A stretch of 64,000 bases of DNA from Candidatus Babeliales bacterium (GTDB taxonomy: Bacteria; Babelota; Babeliae; Babelales; JBFXEV01), in contig JBFXEV010000001.1 in NCBI GenBank assembly GCA_050179755.1, positions 1,385,994 to 1,449,993 on the forward strand, given 5' to 3'. Positions 1 to 9,919 of the stretch are shown here, one piece after another (the stretch's first letter is position 1; each line of letters begins with the position of its first letter). The notes beneath the pieces are model-generated. The model was not told where the DNA came from. It ran no database searches and saw only the letters and a list, made by a program, of their open reading frames with translations. A program made the translations under genes and the position numbers.

Positions 1-179
1 TGATCTGTTACTTGCGGATCAACATTATATACAATAACATTCTTTTCTACCGTATATGGCATATACATTATCAATTGTTTTAATAATGAAATTTCTTCAC
101 TGCGCGATGCATGGCCTATATAAAGCCCTATTGCACCAATAAAGAACAAACAGAAAATATATGGCCAAAATCGTTGCAT
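1..179 (-). CDS. Partial hypothetical membrane/exported protein (5' part; runs off window start)
   Basis: Manual translation MQRFWPYIFCLFFIGAIGLYIGHASRSEE…, open to position 1; AGGAC upstream of ATG; N-terminal hydrophobic segment. Confidence 0.6.
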   Translation of the reverse strand, partial: MQRFWPYIFCLFFIGAIGLYIGHASRSEEISLLKQLIMYMPYTVEKNVIVYNVDPQVTD

Positions 180-339
180 ATTATGTCCTATCGTGCTTAT
201 TAGTATACAGTTATAACATACGAAACTCACTCACGCAATAGGCGAAAATATAAGCTTTTTTAAGGTTCAAATTGCTACTATTGCGTAAATCCAGGCTATA
301 CTGTATGTTGATGCAAGAACAAAAAAGAGGAAAATTTTT

Positions 340-1362
340 ATGACCCACAAAGAATTTAAAGATCACAGCTCTGAATTTATCATACATTTAGAAGTTGAGC
401 GTAATCTTTCTGAGCACACGCTGCGCGCCTATACCAGTGATCTTGCTTTATTTGCAACGTTTTGGCATGGCATTATTGTGCGTGAAAAAATAGAAATACC
501 ATTATCGCGCGCTTTTGAGCGATATCTAGTTTCTTTGTATCATAAGAAAACCTGCAATAGCTCTATAGCCCGCAAAGTTTCTTGCTTTCATTCATTTCAA
601 GAGTATGTAGCAAAACAGGGCATTCAATTAAGCTTACAACTTGAGCGACCACGTGTTGAGCGCAAGATCCCTCAATTTTTAAGCGTAGACGAATTGTTTC
701 ATTTACTTGATACCATTCAAGATCAAGATCTTCCAACCGCCCGGCCCCTGAGAGATAAAGCAATTCTTGAATTACTTTATGCCACTGGCATACGCTGCTC
801 TGAGCTTGTGCATATTAAACTTGAACATATTAACTTGCAAGAAAAAACTATTGTAATTTTGGGTAAAGGGCGCAAAGAACGAATGGTACTTTTTGGCGCA
901 AAAGCAAAAGAGCGTATTGAGCATTACTTATCTGCGGAGCGCCCAAGAACAAGCGACGGTAAAGAACCCTTATTTGTGAATAATCGCACCACAGAACTAA
1001 CCACTCGGTCAGTGCAACGCATTATTAAAATGTTTCGTCAATTTTTGCAACTTGATCGCGCGCTCACACCACATAAAATACGGCACTCCTTTGCCACACA
1101 TTTATTAAATCAGGGCGCAGATTTGCGCTTGGTGCAAGAATTATTAGGTCATAAAACACTTTCAAGCACCGAACGTTACACGCATGTTTCACTTTCGAAA
1201 TTAAGTAATTTATGTGATACTATACATCCATTATCCTCCTACACTAATGTTTCCGACTACGTCGCCACTGCGTCGGACAAGCCGGAGGACAGAGATGCAT
1301 ATAAAGGACAATCTTCAGAGCAAAGTACTAAGCCTCGAGGGGCAGACAAGAAGGATAAATAG
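340..1362 (+). CDS. xerC: Tyrosine recombinase XerC/XerD family
   Basis: RDKAILELLYATGIRCSEL, GKGRKER, TPHKIRHSFATHLL, LLGH..LSSTERYTHV: all catalytic R-K-H-R-H-Y motifs present. Confidence 0.9.
   Translation: MTHKEFKDHSSEFIIHLEVERNLSEHTLRAYTSDLALFATFWHGIIVREKIEIPLSRAFERYLVSLYHKKTCNSSIARKVSCFHSFQEYVAKQGIQLSLQLERPRVERKIPQFLSVDELFHLLDTIQDQDLPTARPLRDKAILELLYATGIRCSELVHIKLEHINLQEKTIVILGKGRKERMVLFGAKAKERIEHYLSAERPRTSDGKEPLFVNNRTTELTTRSVQRIIKMFRQFLQLDRALTPHKIRHSFATHLLNQGADLRLVQELLGHKTLSSTERYTHVSLSKLSNLCDTIHPLSSYTNVSDYVATASDKPEDRDAYKGQSSEQSTKPRGADKKDK
1251..1292. repeat. GC-rich palindromic (REP-like) element inside the xerC 3' end
   Basis: TCCGAC…GTCGGA inverted repeat followed by CAAG; CGTCGGACAAG resembles CGGCGGACAAG at 5451-5461. 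Confidence 0.45.
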
Positions 1363-1367
1363 TAAAC

Positions 1368-3083
1368 GTGAACTCTCCCCTTATTATTCCTCGGTATAAA
1401 CGCAATGCATTACAAGTTGGCGTGCTCTTATGCCTGTTTGGCATTATGGGGCGCCTTGTACATTTGCAACTTTATCATTATCAAACGCTCCTTGCAAAAA
1501 GCCGAAAAAACTTTCTGCGGCATGAAACTATCTGGCCTCAACGAGGTAACATTCTTGACTGTAATGGCAATTTGCTGGTCACCAATCGCCCTGCCACCGA
1601 TCTCTATTGGCAAGGTACCGGCAATCGCCCGCTCACGCATGAACAACTTGCTATTCTTGAAATAGTGCAAGAAATAGAAAATAAAACATTTGATGATGAA
1701 TTGCTGCAACTGGTCAAACGTGCAGAGCGCATGAGCACGCAACAACTTATTATTGATGATATAACGCTTGAACAATTATCAAAAATTGCAGAGCAATTTC
1801 CTGAGCACCCTAATATACTTATTCAAAATACATTTAAACGTCATTACCCCTACAATGATACTGCATGCCACGTCGTAGGATATATTAATCATTTGCAAGA
1901 TACTGGGCAAATGGGCATTGAGCGCGTATTTGATGATGCCTTGCGCGGGGAGCACGGTACGTTTGTTAAAACTATAAATTCAACTGGCCGACCTCTATCT
2001 GCCTACACGCTACACAATGCCATTCGTGGTGCCGATGTTACCACTACCATTAATATAGATATTCAGCACATGGCAGAAGCATTATTCCCGCCGGATGAAT
2101 CTGGCACGTTTATTGTAATGGATCCCAGCAATGGCGCTATTCTCACCCTTGTTTCTCGCCCCACGTTTGACCCTACCGTATTTATTGAAGGCCTTAATCA
2201 AGAAGAATGGCAGCAACTTTCTGAAAAAAAGCCATTTGTAAATCGAGCGCTTGGCGCGTGCTACCCGCCTGCCTCACTTTTTAAAATGGTGACTATTGCA
2301 GCAGCACTGGAAGAAGGCATTATCAGCACAGACACTGCGTGGTTATGCAAAGGCTATATACAATTTGGTAGAAAAACAAAATGTAACAAGCAACACGGCT
2401 GGCTTGATGTAAAAGAAGCTATTGCACATTCATGCAATATCCCATTTTATGAAATTGCCAAAAAATTGCATATTGATAAACTAGCGCACTATGCTCAAGC
2501 ATTTGGTCTTGGCCAGCCAACGGGCATTCTATTTCCTGAAAAGCAGGGTTTAGTGCCCACCACCAAATGGAAACGCGCACAACTTGGAGAGCGCTGGTGG
2601 CCGGGAGAAACTCTTTCTGCATCGATTGGTCAAAGTTATACTCTTGTCACACCACTGCAAATGGCCCGCATGATATCAAGCATTTGCACGCATAAGTTAG
2701 TGCGCCCTCGTTTGCTGCCACAAGAACCTGTTGAAATTAAACCACTCGGCATTAGCTCGGTTACCTGCAGATTCTTGCAAAAAGGCATGCGTGAGGTAGT
2801 TAAAGAAGGTAAAGCTAAAACGCTCAATACTATTGATGATCTTACGGTATATGCAAAAACGGGAACAGCACAAACATGTGCGCTTGATACTGGGCTTGAA
2901 GGCAAACAGTATTGCGCTCACGCGTGGCTTGGCGGTTACTTTACCTACAAAAATGAAAAACCACTCACCATCGTGATTATGATTGAATCAGCAGGTTCTT
3001 CTAGCGCTGCAACACGCGTTGCCAAACAATTTTTGGTCAAATATAGAAATTGGAAAAGGGAGCAAGAACGAGTGGTTGCGTAA
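1368..3083 (+). CDS. mrdA: Penicillin-binding protein 2 (transpeptidase)
   Basis: N-terminal TM, RGNILD dimerisation motif, SLFK (SxxK), SCN (SxN), KTGTAQ. Confidence 0.9.
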   Translation: MNSPLIIPRYKRNALQVGVLLCLFGIMGRLVHLQLYHYQTLLAKSRKNFLRHETIWPQRGNILDCNGNLLVTNRPATDLYWQGTGNRPLTHEQLAILEIVQEIENKTFDDELLQLVKRAERMSTQQLIIDDITLEQLSKIAEQFPEHPNILIQNTFKRHYPYNDTACHVVGYINHLQDTGQMGIERVFDDALRGEHGTFVKTINSTGRPLSAYTLHNAIRGADVTTTINIDIQHMAEALFPPDESGTFIVMDPSNGAILTLVSRPTFDPTVFIEGLNQEEWQQLSEKKPFVNRALGACYPPASLFKMVTIAAALEEGIISTDTAWLCKGYIQFGRKTKCNKQHGWLDVKEAIAHSCNIPFYEIAKKLHIDKLAHYAQAFGLGQPTGILFPEKQGLVPTTKWKRAQLGERWWPGETLSASIGQSYTLVTPLQMARMISSICTHKLVRPRLLPQEPVEIKPLGISSVTCRFLQKGMREVVKEGKAKTLNTIDDLTVYAKTGTAQTCALDTGLEGKQYCAHAWLGGYFTYKNEKPLTIVIMIESAGSSSAATRVAKQFLVKYRNWKREQERVVA

Positions 3084-3160
3084 TACCTGGATCTTTACTT
3101 TTCGGTCTTTCTTAACATAAACTAATAATGTAAAACTTATGGATAAAAAACGGAGAGGTT

Positions 3161-4699
3161 ATGAAGTACGTTAGTAAAATTACTGCAGCGTTGCTGTTAC
3201 TATATTCTGACACTTATGCAATGGAGCTTGATGTAACGCTTAATAATTTGACTACATCCCTCCGCACGCTCCAAAAACGCTTAGAACAAAAACAACAAAT
3301 CCCGTCAAAGCCTGTTCTCATCAACCAATTGCCAACAATCAATACGGAAGCTCTTATTAATTTCATCAAGCCTCTCTCTGAGCAATTGTTGAGTAAAATC
3401 GCTGCTCCAAAAAATCGCTCCCCCGAAGGGCTTGATACGTTTAGAAACTCACTTGAAAATCGCATACTCGAATATATCAATGCAAACAGACAAAAACTGC
3501 CTTCTATTTTAGTAAGTTCATCGCCAAAAAGTACAGTTCAATTCACAGAAATTCTTACTCGCATGCTCACCAGTGGTTTTTTTGAAAAACTTGCGGATTT
3601 TGAAGAAAAAAGAACAGTAAAAGGTAAAGAAGTCGCTATACCAACAGCTTTAACTACCTGCAATTGCATCCCGCTTGCCAAGCGAATAGCCTTCAACATA
3701 GCTCTGCTTTACGACATATTCAAACAATTTTCCGATAAAACAGAACCGCTGGTCTATACAACCATGGCATCAGGTGGATTATTGCAGGACTATTTAGTTA
3801 TCCAAGCATTAATTTGGGCGGGATATAACAATATTCATCTCAATTTGATTGATTTATATTACCCTGATGCTTGGCGATTACGTGATTTGCAGAATCTTGA
3901 AGTTCTTCATACTAATTTTATCACGAAATACATGCTCATATATCCAGAACAAATTGAACTCCTAAGATTAAAGCTACTGAGCGATGCATCCCAAGTATAT
4001 GCTCAGTCAGGCAGAACGGTTGCGGTTGAAACCCATGTTTATAATAATGCTTATGAATACATAGATAAAACAAAACAATATGCATATGAGCGAACCAACG
4101 TGCTTGTAATGGTTGATGTGGAAATCGAAAGGCCAGACATTATTCCAAACTTTCCATCGCTTGCAAATGCTATTAGATTTACCTTCAAAGACCCAGTAGA
4201 TAGTCAACTTTATAATCACACCTATGCATTCTTACCTAGAAATAAGCCGATCCAACTCTATCAACTCGATCTTACACGCCTCAATCTTGATCAATCACCT
4301 AAAACCATGGATTTGCTAAAAAATGCACAACAAGAATTAATTGAATTGGCTCGAACATCGAGAGCAACACGCGGATATACTCCCAATTTCTTCCTAGGAC
4401 TGGATACGCTACCTCATCAATATTATACTAAAGCTACTATAGTTAAGGATGTGCCAATTTCTGAACACTATTATGCCATGCTTGCTTCTGATATATTTAC
4501 CACCTTCCAAGACATGCTCTTTGATGCATTAGCTAATAATGCTCTTGTATTTACATTATATAAAAAAGATTATAACGCCAAAGTTGATTCAAGTGTTATA
4601 GAAAAAATTGATGTTGCAGCATTTAAAAGAATAGACCCAGTATCAATCATAGAGCCAGCACTCAATAAACTAGGCTATCAAAAAGTTGATTTGAATTAA
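3161..4699 (+). CDS. Secreted hypothetical protein, possible Rossmann/methyltransferase-like core
   Basis: 512-aa ORF, GGAGAGG RBS, signal peptide, LVYTTMASGGLLQD…IHLNLID motif. Confidence 0.65.
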   Translation: MKYVSKITAALLLLYSDTYAMELDVTLNNLTTSLRTLQKRLEQKQQIPSKPVLINQLPTINTEALINFIKPLSEQLLSKIAAPKNRSPEGLDTFRNSLENRILEYINANRQKLPSILVSSSPKSTVQFTEILTRMLTSGFFEKLADFEEKRTVKGKEVAIPTALTTCNCIPLAKRIAFNIALLYDIFKQFSDKTEPLVYTTMASGGLLQDYLVIQALIWAGYNNIHLNLIDLYYPDAWRLRDLQNLEVLHTNFITKYMLIYPEQIELLRLKLLSDASQVYAQSGRTVAVETHVYNNAYEYIDKTKQYAYERTNVLVMVDVEIERPDIIPNFPSLANAIRFTFKDPVDSQLYNHTYAFLPRNKPIQLYQLDLTRLNLDQSPKTMDLLKNAQQELIELARTSRATRGYTPNFFLGLDTLPHQYYTKATIVKDVPISEHYYAMLASDIFTTFQDMLFDALANNALVFTLYKKDYNAKVDSSVIEKIDVAAFKRIDPVSIIEPALNKLGYQKVDLN

Positions 4700-4729
4700 A
4701 TTAAACCAGTTTTTATTTTGAGCAAAAAA

Positions 4730-4762
4730 AAGATGGAATAGATATAAAATCTATTCCATCTT
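4730..4762. terminator. Bidirectional intrinsic terminator
   Basis: 14-bp perfect stem AAGATGGAATAGAT/ATCTATTCCATCTT between convergent genes, with an A-run on the left. Confidence 0.75.
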
Positions 4763-4772
4763 AAAATTTATT

Positions 4773-4807
4773 CCGTTCATATCCTGCGACAAGCTCAGGG
4801 TGAGCGG
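4773..4807. repeat. REP-like palindrome
   Basis: CCGTTCA…CCTG-CGACAAGCT-CAGG…TGAGCGG, GC-rich hairpin in an AT-rich intergenic region. Confidence 0.45.
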
Positions 4808-4827
4808 TGAAATATACAGCTTTTAAT

Positions 4828-5091
4828 TTAGCGATTAGCTGCTGCTACTTTTTTTGCCAAGCGGCTTAATTTACGAGCAGCAGTGTTTGCATGCATTACG
4901 TCTTTGCTTTTAGCACGACCTAATTGTGCTTGCACATCTTTAAGAAGTTCAAGTGCTTTTTCTGGCTCTGCCTCGATTGCAACTTGTACTTTTTTGATCG
5001 CAGTTTTGATTGCAGTTTTACGAGCCAAATTTTGGTGGCGGCGTTTTACTGCCTGAATTGCACGTTTTTTTGCTGATTTGATATTTGCCAT
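4828..5091 (-). CDS. rpsT: 30S ribosomal protein S20
   Basis: MANIKSAKKRA…HANTAARKLSRL. Confidence 0.97.
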   Translation of the reverse strand: MANIKSAKKRAIQAVKRRHQNLARKTAIKTAIKKVQVAIEAEPEKALELLKDVQAQLGRAKSKDVMHANTAARKLSRLAKKVAAANR

Positions 5092-5109
5092 TGTTTATAA
5101 CCCTATTAT

Positions 5110-5313
5110 TTAAATAACTTTCTGGATTTTACCAGCTTTTACACACTTAGTACATACCGCTCCACGATGTACCCTGTTAGAGCCACCGGCAATAACGGTA
5201 AAGCGCATAGTATGTACATTAGGGTACAACCAACGGCCAGTGCGGTTTTTCGCGTGGCTCACGTTATTGGCTGTTCTAGGGCGTTTATCACAAATTGAAC
5301 AAATCCGTGCCAT
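5110..5313 (-). CDS. rpmB: 50S ribosomal protein L28 (Zn-ribbon form)
   Basis: MARICSIC…NNVSHAKNRT.R..YPNV…CTKC. Confidence 0.95.
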   Translation of the reverse strand: MARICSICDKRPRTANNVSHAKNRTGRWLYPNVHTMRFTVIAGGSNRVHRGAVCTKCVKAGKIQKVI

Positions 5314-5382
5314 GAGAGAGAATCCTTCTTAAAATTTCTAAAATATATAGTACTAGTATAGCTAAAATGGGCTGTTTTACAA

Positions 5383-5461
5383 CCCGCCGTCGCTTTTTTG
5401 TTACATAAAAAGGCTAAGGCGTGGTTGTCACGCCTTAGCGCTTTGCGCGGCGGCGGACAAG
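5383..5461. repeat. REPIN-like inverted pair of GC-rich repeats
   Basis: CCGCCGTCGC…GCTAAGGCGTG-gttgt-CACGCCTTAGC…GCGGCGGCGG; related copy at 46253-46312. Confidence 0.65.
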
Positions 5462-5500
5462 TTAGTTACGCTATTCCTGCCTGTACCTTCGCACAAAACC

Positions 5501-8194
5501 TTATGCCTGGCCCCTTACGTATGGCTGTTCAGGTTCAGGGCGAGGCTCCATGCCAAGCAGCTCATAGACTTCTTGAGCAGACATGGTCTCTTTTTCCATC
5601 AGAGCAGCAGCAATTTTTTCAAGTTTATCCCGATGCTCGGCCAAGAGAGTCATTGCCCTCTTTAATGAGCCCTCTAAAATAGCCTGCACTTCCTCATCAA
5701 TTAATGAACGCGTGCGTTCTGAATAATCATGCGGATTTGCCCGAGGATTATAGATAACCGGCCCAAGCTTTTCAGACATGCCCCATTGGCATACCATTGC
5801 TCGCGCCATAGAAGTGGCCGACGTAAAATCACTTTCTGCTCCTGCACCCAACGTATTACAAGCCAAGTGCTCGGCAGCTCTGCCACCCATGCACATTGCA
5901 ATATAGGCAAGGCACATTTCTTTGCTGCGTGTATATTTTTCACGATCAGGCAAGTGAAACGTCACCCCTAACGCAGGCCCACGAGGAACAATAGTTACTT
6001 TATAAAGCGGGTCAATATGCTCATGAGGCATTAAGAGCCCTACCAACGCGTGCCCTGCCTCATGATAAGCGGTAAGCCATAATTCTTGTTTAGTTGGAAA
6101 TACACTTTTTGATTCTTGCCCAATAATAATCTTATCACGTGCTTCATCAAGATCTGCCATAGTCACTGCCGCTCGTTCTTCTTTTTTAGTGGCGATCATG
6201 GCAGCTTCATTAACGAGCCCTGCCAAATGAGCGCCAGTCCACCCTGCAGTACCGCGGGCAACTTTTGAAAGATCTGCATCTTCACCCATTTTGATTTTAG
6301 CAGCATGAATGTTTAAAATTTGCTCACGGCTTTTTAAATCTGGGTATGGCACGTGAATCGTTTTATCAAATCTACCAGGGCGCACGAGTGCCTTATCAAG
6401 CATATCCGCTCTGTTGGTTGCAGCAATAATAATTACATCGCTATCTTTTGTAGAAAATCCATCCATTTCTGTAAGCAACTGATTTAACGTTTGCTCTTGC
6501 TCTTGTGAGCCATACGGCCCATGCGAGCGAGCCCGGCCAATCGTATCAATTTCATCAATAAATACAATAGATGGCGCATGCTTGCGGGCTTGTGCAAAAA
6601 GATCACGCACGCGCGCTGCTCCCACACCCACAAACACTTCCACAAATTCAGAGCCACTCACTGCAAAGAATGGTCTTCCCGCCTCGCCAGCCACTGCTTT
6701 TGCAAGCAAGGTTTTACCATTTCCTGGCTCACCTTCTAGCAAGATTCCGCGGTTCATATGAGCGCCAAGACGTTTAAATTTTTGAGGCTCTTTCAAGAAA
6801 GAAACAAAATCTTGAAGTTCTTCTTTGGCTTCATGAGCGCCCGCCACATCGGCAAATTTAACTTTTACCATAGAAGGCATAATCATTTTTACATGACTCT
6901 TGGTCATGCCCGCAGCACTTTCACCGCCACCACCAGACTCTTCATTGCCTTTAGTGCTCGTTACTTGTTTGACTGCTTTATCAAAATCACCTTTGGTAAC
7001 AATATCGCGGCCCGATTCACGCGATGCAATGATAGCTGCTTGATTGACTAAGTTGGCCAAATCAGAGCCGGTAAAGCCTGCTGTATCTTTGGCAACTTGT
7101 GCAAGATCAATAGCTGAATCTAATTTTACTTTGCTTGCATGAAGACGCAAAATTGTTTCTCTATCTTTCTCTTCTGGATACGGCACAACTATGTGACGGT
7201 CAAAGCGGCCCCGGCGCACCAGCGCCTTATCAAGAACTTCTGGGCGATTGGTTGCTGCTATAATAATAATATTTTGTTGTTTGCTTGAAAAACCGTCCAT
7301 TTCTGCAAGAAGCTGATTGAGTGTTTGCTCACGCTCATCGTTTCCGCCACCAATACCGCCACCACGATGTCGGCCAATTGCATCAATTTCATCAATAAAA
7401 ATTATGCAAGGCGCATGTTTGCGTGCCTGCGCAAAAAGATCACGCACGCGCGCTGCACCCACACCCACAAATACTTCTATAAAATCTGAGCCGCTCACGC
7501 TAAAAAATGGGCAATTTGCCTCCCCTGCCACTGCTTTTGCAAGCAACGTTTTACCATTACCCGGGTCACCAACAAGCAATATGCCGCTCGTCATTTGCGC
7601 GCCTAAACGGCGATATTTTTCTGGATTTCTTAAAAAATCTACAAAGTCCTTCAGGGCTTCTTTGGCAGTATCTGCTCCCGCAACATCTGCAAACGTGGTT
7701 TTAATAGTAGAAGGCATAAACATACGAGCGCGGTTTTTACCCATGCCAAAAATATTAGCACCACCGCCGCCGCCATTCTGGCCTTTCATCTGACGGAAAA
7801 AATACCATGCTGCAAGTAATGATAACAAAAACGCGCCAAATAAAAAGAAATGCCAGGTTTGAAAGCCCGAAGGCTCTACAATATGCACGTACACATCATG
7901 CGCAATGAGCTGGTCCATAATCGTTGAATTTTCAGGGATATTAGTCTCAAACTTTTGAGTGCCTTGCTTATAAACCCCATGAATACTCTTACCCGAAACT
8001 GTAACCGCCTTTACCTTATCCTGGTTAACTGCACTGACAAATTCTGAATATGAGATAACAGTAGTGTTAAGAATAATATGGCCAAGCTGCGATAATATAA
8101 TAAGAGATCCCACGAGCAGCACTACCATAACCACCAGATTGCGAGGACCGCCATTAAAGCCTTTAGGGTTCAAATTGGAAAACTTCTTTTTCAT
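5501..8194 (-). CDS. ftsH: ATP-dependent zinc metalloprotease FtsH with two tandem AAA+ domains
   Basis: 2 TM, two Walker A ([16 protein letters not shown]), two FVG pore loops, two DEID Walker B, two SRH, HEAGH M41 protease. Confidence 0.95.
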   Translation of the reverse strand: MKKKFSNLNPKGFNGGPRNLVVMVVLLVGSLIILSQLGHIILNTTVISYSEFVSAVNQDKVKAVTVSGKSIHGVYKQGTQKFETNIPENSTIMDQLIAHDVYVHIVEPSGFQTWHFFLFGAFLLSLLAAWYFFRQMKGQNGGGGGANIFGMGKNRARMFMPSTIKTTFADVAGADTAKEALKDFVDFLRNPEKYRRLGAQMTSGILLVGDPGNGKTLLAKAVAGEANCPFFSVSGSDFIEVFVGVGAARVRDLFAQARKHAPCIIFIDEIDAIGRHRGGGIGGGNDEREQTLNQLLAEMDGFSSKQQNIIIIAATNRPEVLDKALVRRGRFDRHIVVPYPEEKDRETILRLHASKVKLDSAIDLAQVAKDTAGFTGSDLANLVNQAAIIASRESGRDIVTKGDFDKAVKQVTSTKGNEESGGGGESAAGMTKSHVKMIMPSMVKVKFADVAGAHEAKEELQDFVSFLKEPQKFKRLGAHMNRGILLEGEPGNGKTLLAKAVAGEAGRPFFAVSGSEFVEVFVGVGAARVRDLFAQARKHAPSIVFIDEIDTIGRARSHGPYGSQEQEQTLNQLLTEMDGFSTKDSDVIIIAATNRADMLDKALVRPGRFDKTIHVPYPDLKSREQILNIHAAKIKMGEDADLSKVARGTAGWTGAHLAGLVNEAAMIATKKEERAAVTMADLDEARDKIIIGQESKSVFPTKQELWLTAYHEAGHALVGLLMPHEHIDPLYKVTIVPRGPALGVTFHLPDREKYTRSKEMCLAYIAMCMGGRAAEHLACNTLGAGAESDFTSATSMARAMVCQWGMSEKLGPVIYNPRANPHDYSERTRSLIDEEVQAILEGSLKRAMTLLAEHRDKLEKIAAALMEKETMSAQEVYELLGMEPRPEPEQPYVRGQA

Positions 8195-8395
8195 TCATAT
8201 CCTATTTGTTAAGTTCGTATAAAAATAGCTGGATCAAGCAGAGAGAATACCTCCGTAAGCCCTACTCTCTGCCAGTATAGCATAAAAAGATATATTCTAA
8301 TAGGACAATAGCCATAAGAAATCACTCAAGCCGCTAGAAAGGAAGCTTTTAATATAATTACAAGTGTTGAGCAAAGCCCTCACTGTTTTCCAGGA

Positions 8396-8911
8396 CTAAG
8401 CTGTCACCTTAGAATTCGCCTGCGACTTTTCAACTATATCCAAAAACCAAATATCATGTGCTTCTTCAGCAAAAGTGTTCTCATAGTTTTTAAGAAAAGC
8501 ATAAAACGCTTGCGTTTTCTCTTTTGAAGGAGAAGGCGTATCAATTTCTGGATTATGATGCATAAAATGACCAGCATATGTAGTACCAAATTGAGCATAT
8601 TCTTTGGTAAATAATATGAATGAATGCCAAAGATTATCTACATCACGGCTATACATACCAATGTTCTCTTTGTTTTTATTAAGTGCACAAAGTATAAGAT
8701 AGCGCTTGAGTTCTCGTTCTAAAATAACAATATCTTCATCACTATAACCAAAATCTTTTTGGCATCGTTTGGTCATATGCTCCATGGGATAATTCATTAT
8801 GCCAGTTATTATCTGCTCTTTACTTGGTTTGGAAAGGTAAGCCTTTAAGTACGTAAAGCACATTACGAGCAAAGTTGAAAATACAATAAGCGTCAAATTT
8901 TTTATATTCAT
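8396..8911 (-). CDS. GRDP/DUF1399-like (glycine-rich-domain family) protein with N-terminal membrane anchor
   Basis: ELKRYLIL…SRDVDNLWHSFILFTKEYAQF…GHFMHHNP…YENTF…IW matches the family pattern as I recall it. Confidence 0.7.
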   Translation of the reverse strand: MNIKNLTLIVFSTLLVMCFTYLKAYLSKPSKEQIITGIMNYPMEHMTKRCQKDFGYSDEDIVILERELKRYLILCALNKNKENIGMYSRDVDNLWHSFILFTKEYAQFGTTYAGHFMHHNPEIDTPSPSKEKTQAFYAFLKNYENTFAEEAHDIWFLDIVEKSQANSKVTA

Positions 8912-8933
8912 GTTAATTTGTATCTTTACATAG

Positions 8934-8964
8934 CAAAAGAGCTGCAGATAATACTACAGCTCTT
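8934..8964 (-). terminator. Hairpin/terminator between the peptide gene and the GRDP-like gene
   Basis: Minus strand AAGAGCTGTAG-tattat-CTGCAGCTCTT then TT. Confidence 0.6.
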
Positions 8965-8995
8965 AGTAAATTAATTCGTTGTAAAAGGCAAAAGT

Positions 8996-9214
8996 TTAAT
9001 CTCCGCCACCGCAACCATTACAACCTTCAAGATCACAAACAGGCACAACATTAATAGGATGGCTACCAGAAACATCAGATGCATGATCAGCTTTAATATT
9101 CTGTTTTATGTTTGCTATAGCAGAATTTGCTTGCGCAATTCTGTTTTTTACAGAACATTCCACTTGTGTAGCAATTGCACAAATTATGAGAGCAGCAAAA
9201 AATTTATTGTTCAT
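8996..9214 (-). CDS. Small secreted peptide with C-terminal Cys/Gly motif (candidate RiPP-like precursor)
   Basis: AAGGGAA RBS, signal peptide MNNKFFAALIICAIATQVEC, ends VCDLEGCNGCGGGD. Confidence 0.7.
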   Translation of the reverse strand: MNNKFFAALIICAIATQVECSVKNRIAQANSAIANIKQNIKADHASDVSGSHPINVVPVCDLEGCNGCGGGD

Positions 9215-9484
9215 GTGTGGTTTCCCTTTAGTTGATTGTTAATGTCCCTTACATAATTACTATAGCACATATATTACTTAAGTAACTATATTCAACATCT
9301 CATTCAACGTTAATTAACATCTTATTAATAAACTTACCTAGCGCCCTAGGGCCTTATAATATTAATAATGATTATAATTTCAACAGGATTAAATAGTAAC
9401 AAATTGAAATATTTTGTATTTTCAATTATGATATCATTAACATTTATTAACACTTCTAAAGGAATCTCAAAGATTGGAGCAAAG

Positions 9485-9919
9485 TTGAGCAAACATAATC
9501 AAAATAACAAAGCACTCTTACATTTTAGAGAGCCACTTATTCTCTCAAACCTTATTCTGGCAATGAAAGAATCGTTGCCAGAACTAGAAGCCGCTTTTAA
9601 CGAATATCAAGATGATTTACTGCAAACTGGCGAATATGATCAAGGTTATTTTTCCTATATTTTTAATCCATATTTACAGGAGTTTTTACAATCCAAACAA
9701 AAACACCCTAACCAACTGGGTAAGCGAATATTCCATTATTTAGAAAGAATGGCACGCAGCCCTGAGTGGACGGTAGTTAATGTTTTGGCTGTGGTGATAC
9801 TTGAGCATCTTAGTCCTCACCAATTGGAAGTTGCACGCCAGTATATGGGGCCAAAGACCAAGGAAATTCTAAAAGATATACAACAATATTGGAGAGATCT
9901 TCATGCAGCGCAAAAGTAA
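9485..9919 (+). CDS. Small helical protein, immunity-like (DUF7674-like); paralog of 16748-17161
   Basis: GGAG before TTG at 9485 (ORF open from 9368); LGKRIF.YLE.M…ILEHL…ARQYMGPKTKEIL shared with paralog. Confidence 0.65.
   Translation: MSKHNQNNKALLHFREPLILSNLILAMKESLPELEAAFNEYQDDLLQTGEYDQGYFSYIFNPYLQEFLQSKQKHPNQLGKRIFHYLERMARSPEWTVVNVLAVVILEHLSPHQLEVARQYMGPKTKEILKDIQQYWRDLHAAQK

Noticed and set aside
3110..3138. dif-like site (TTAACATAA) near xerC
   Set aside because: Only the XerD-like arm matches; the spacing and second arm are poor, and it lies in an AT-rich promoter region
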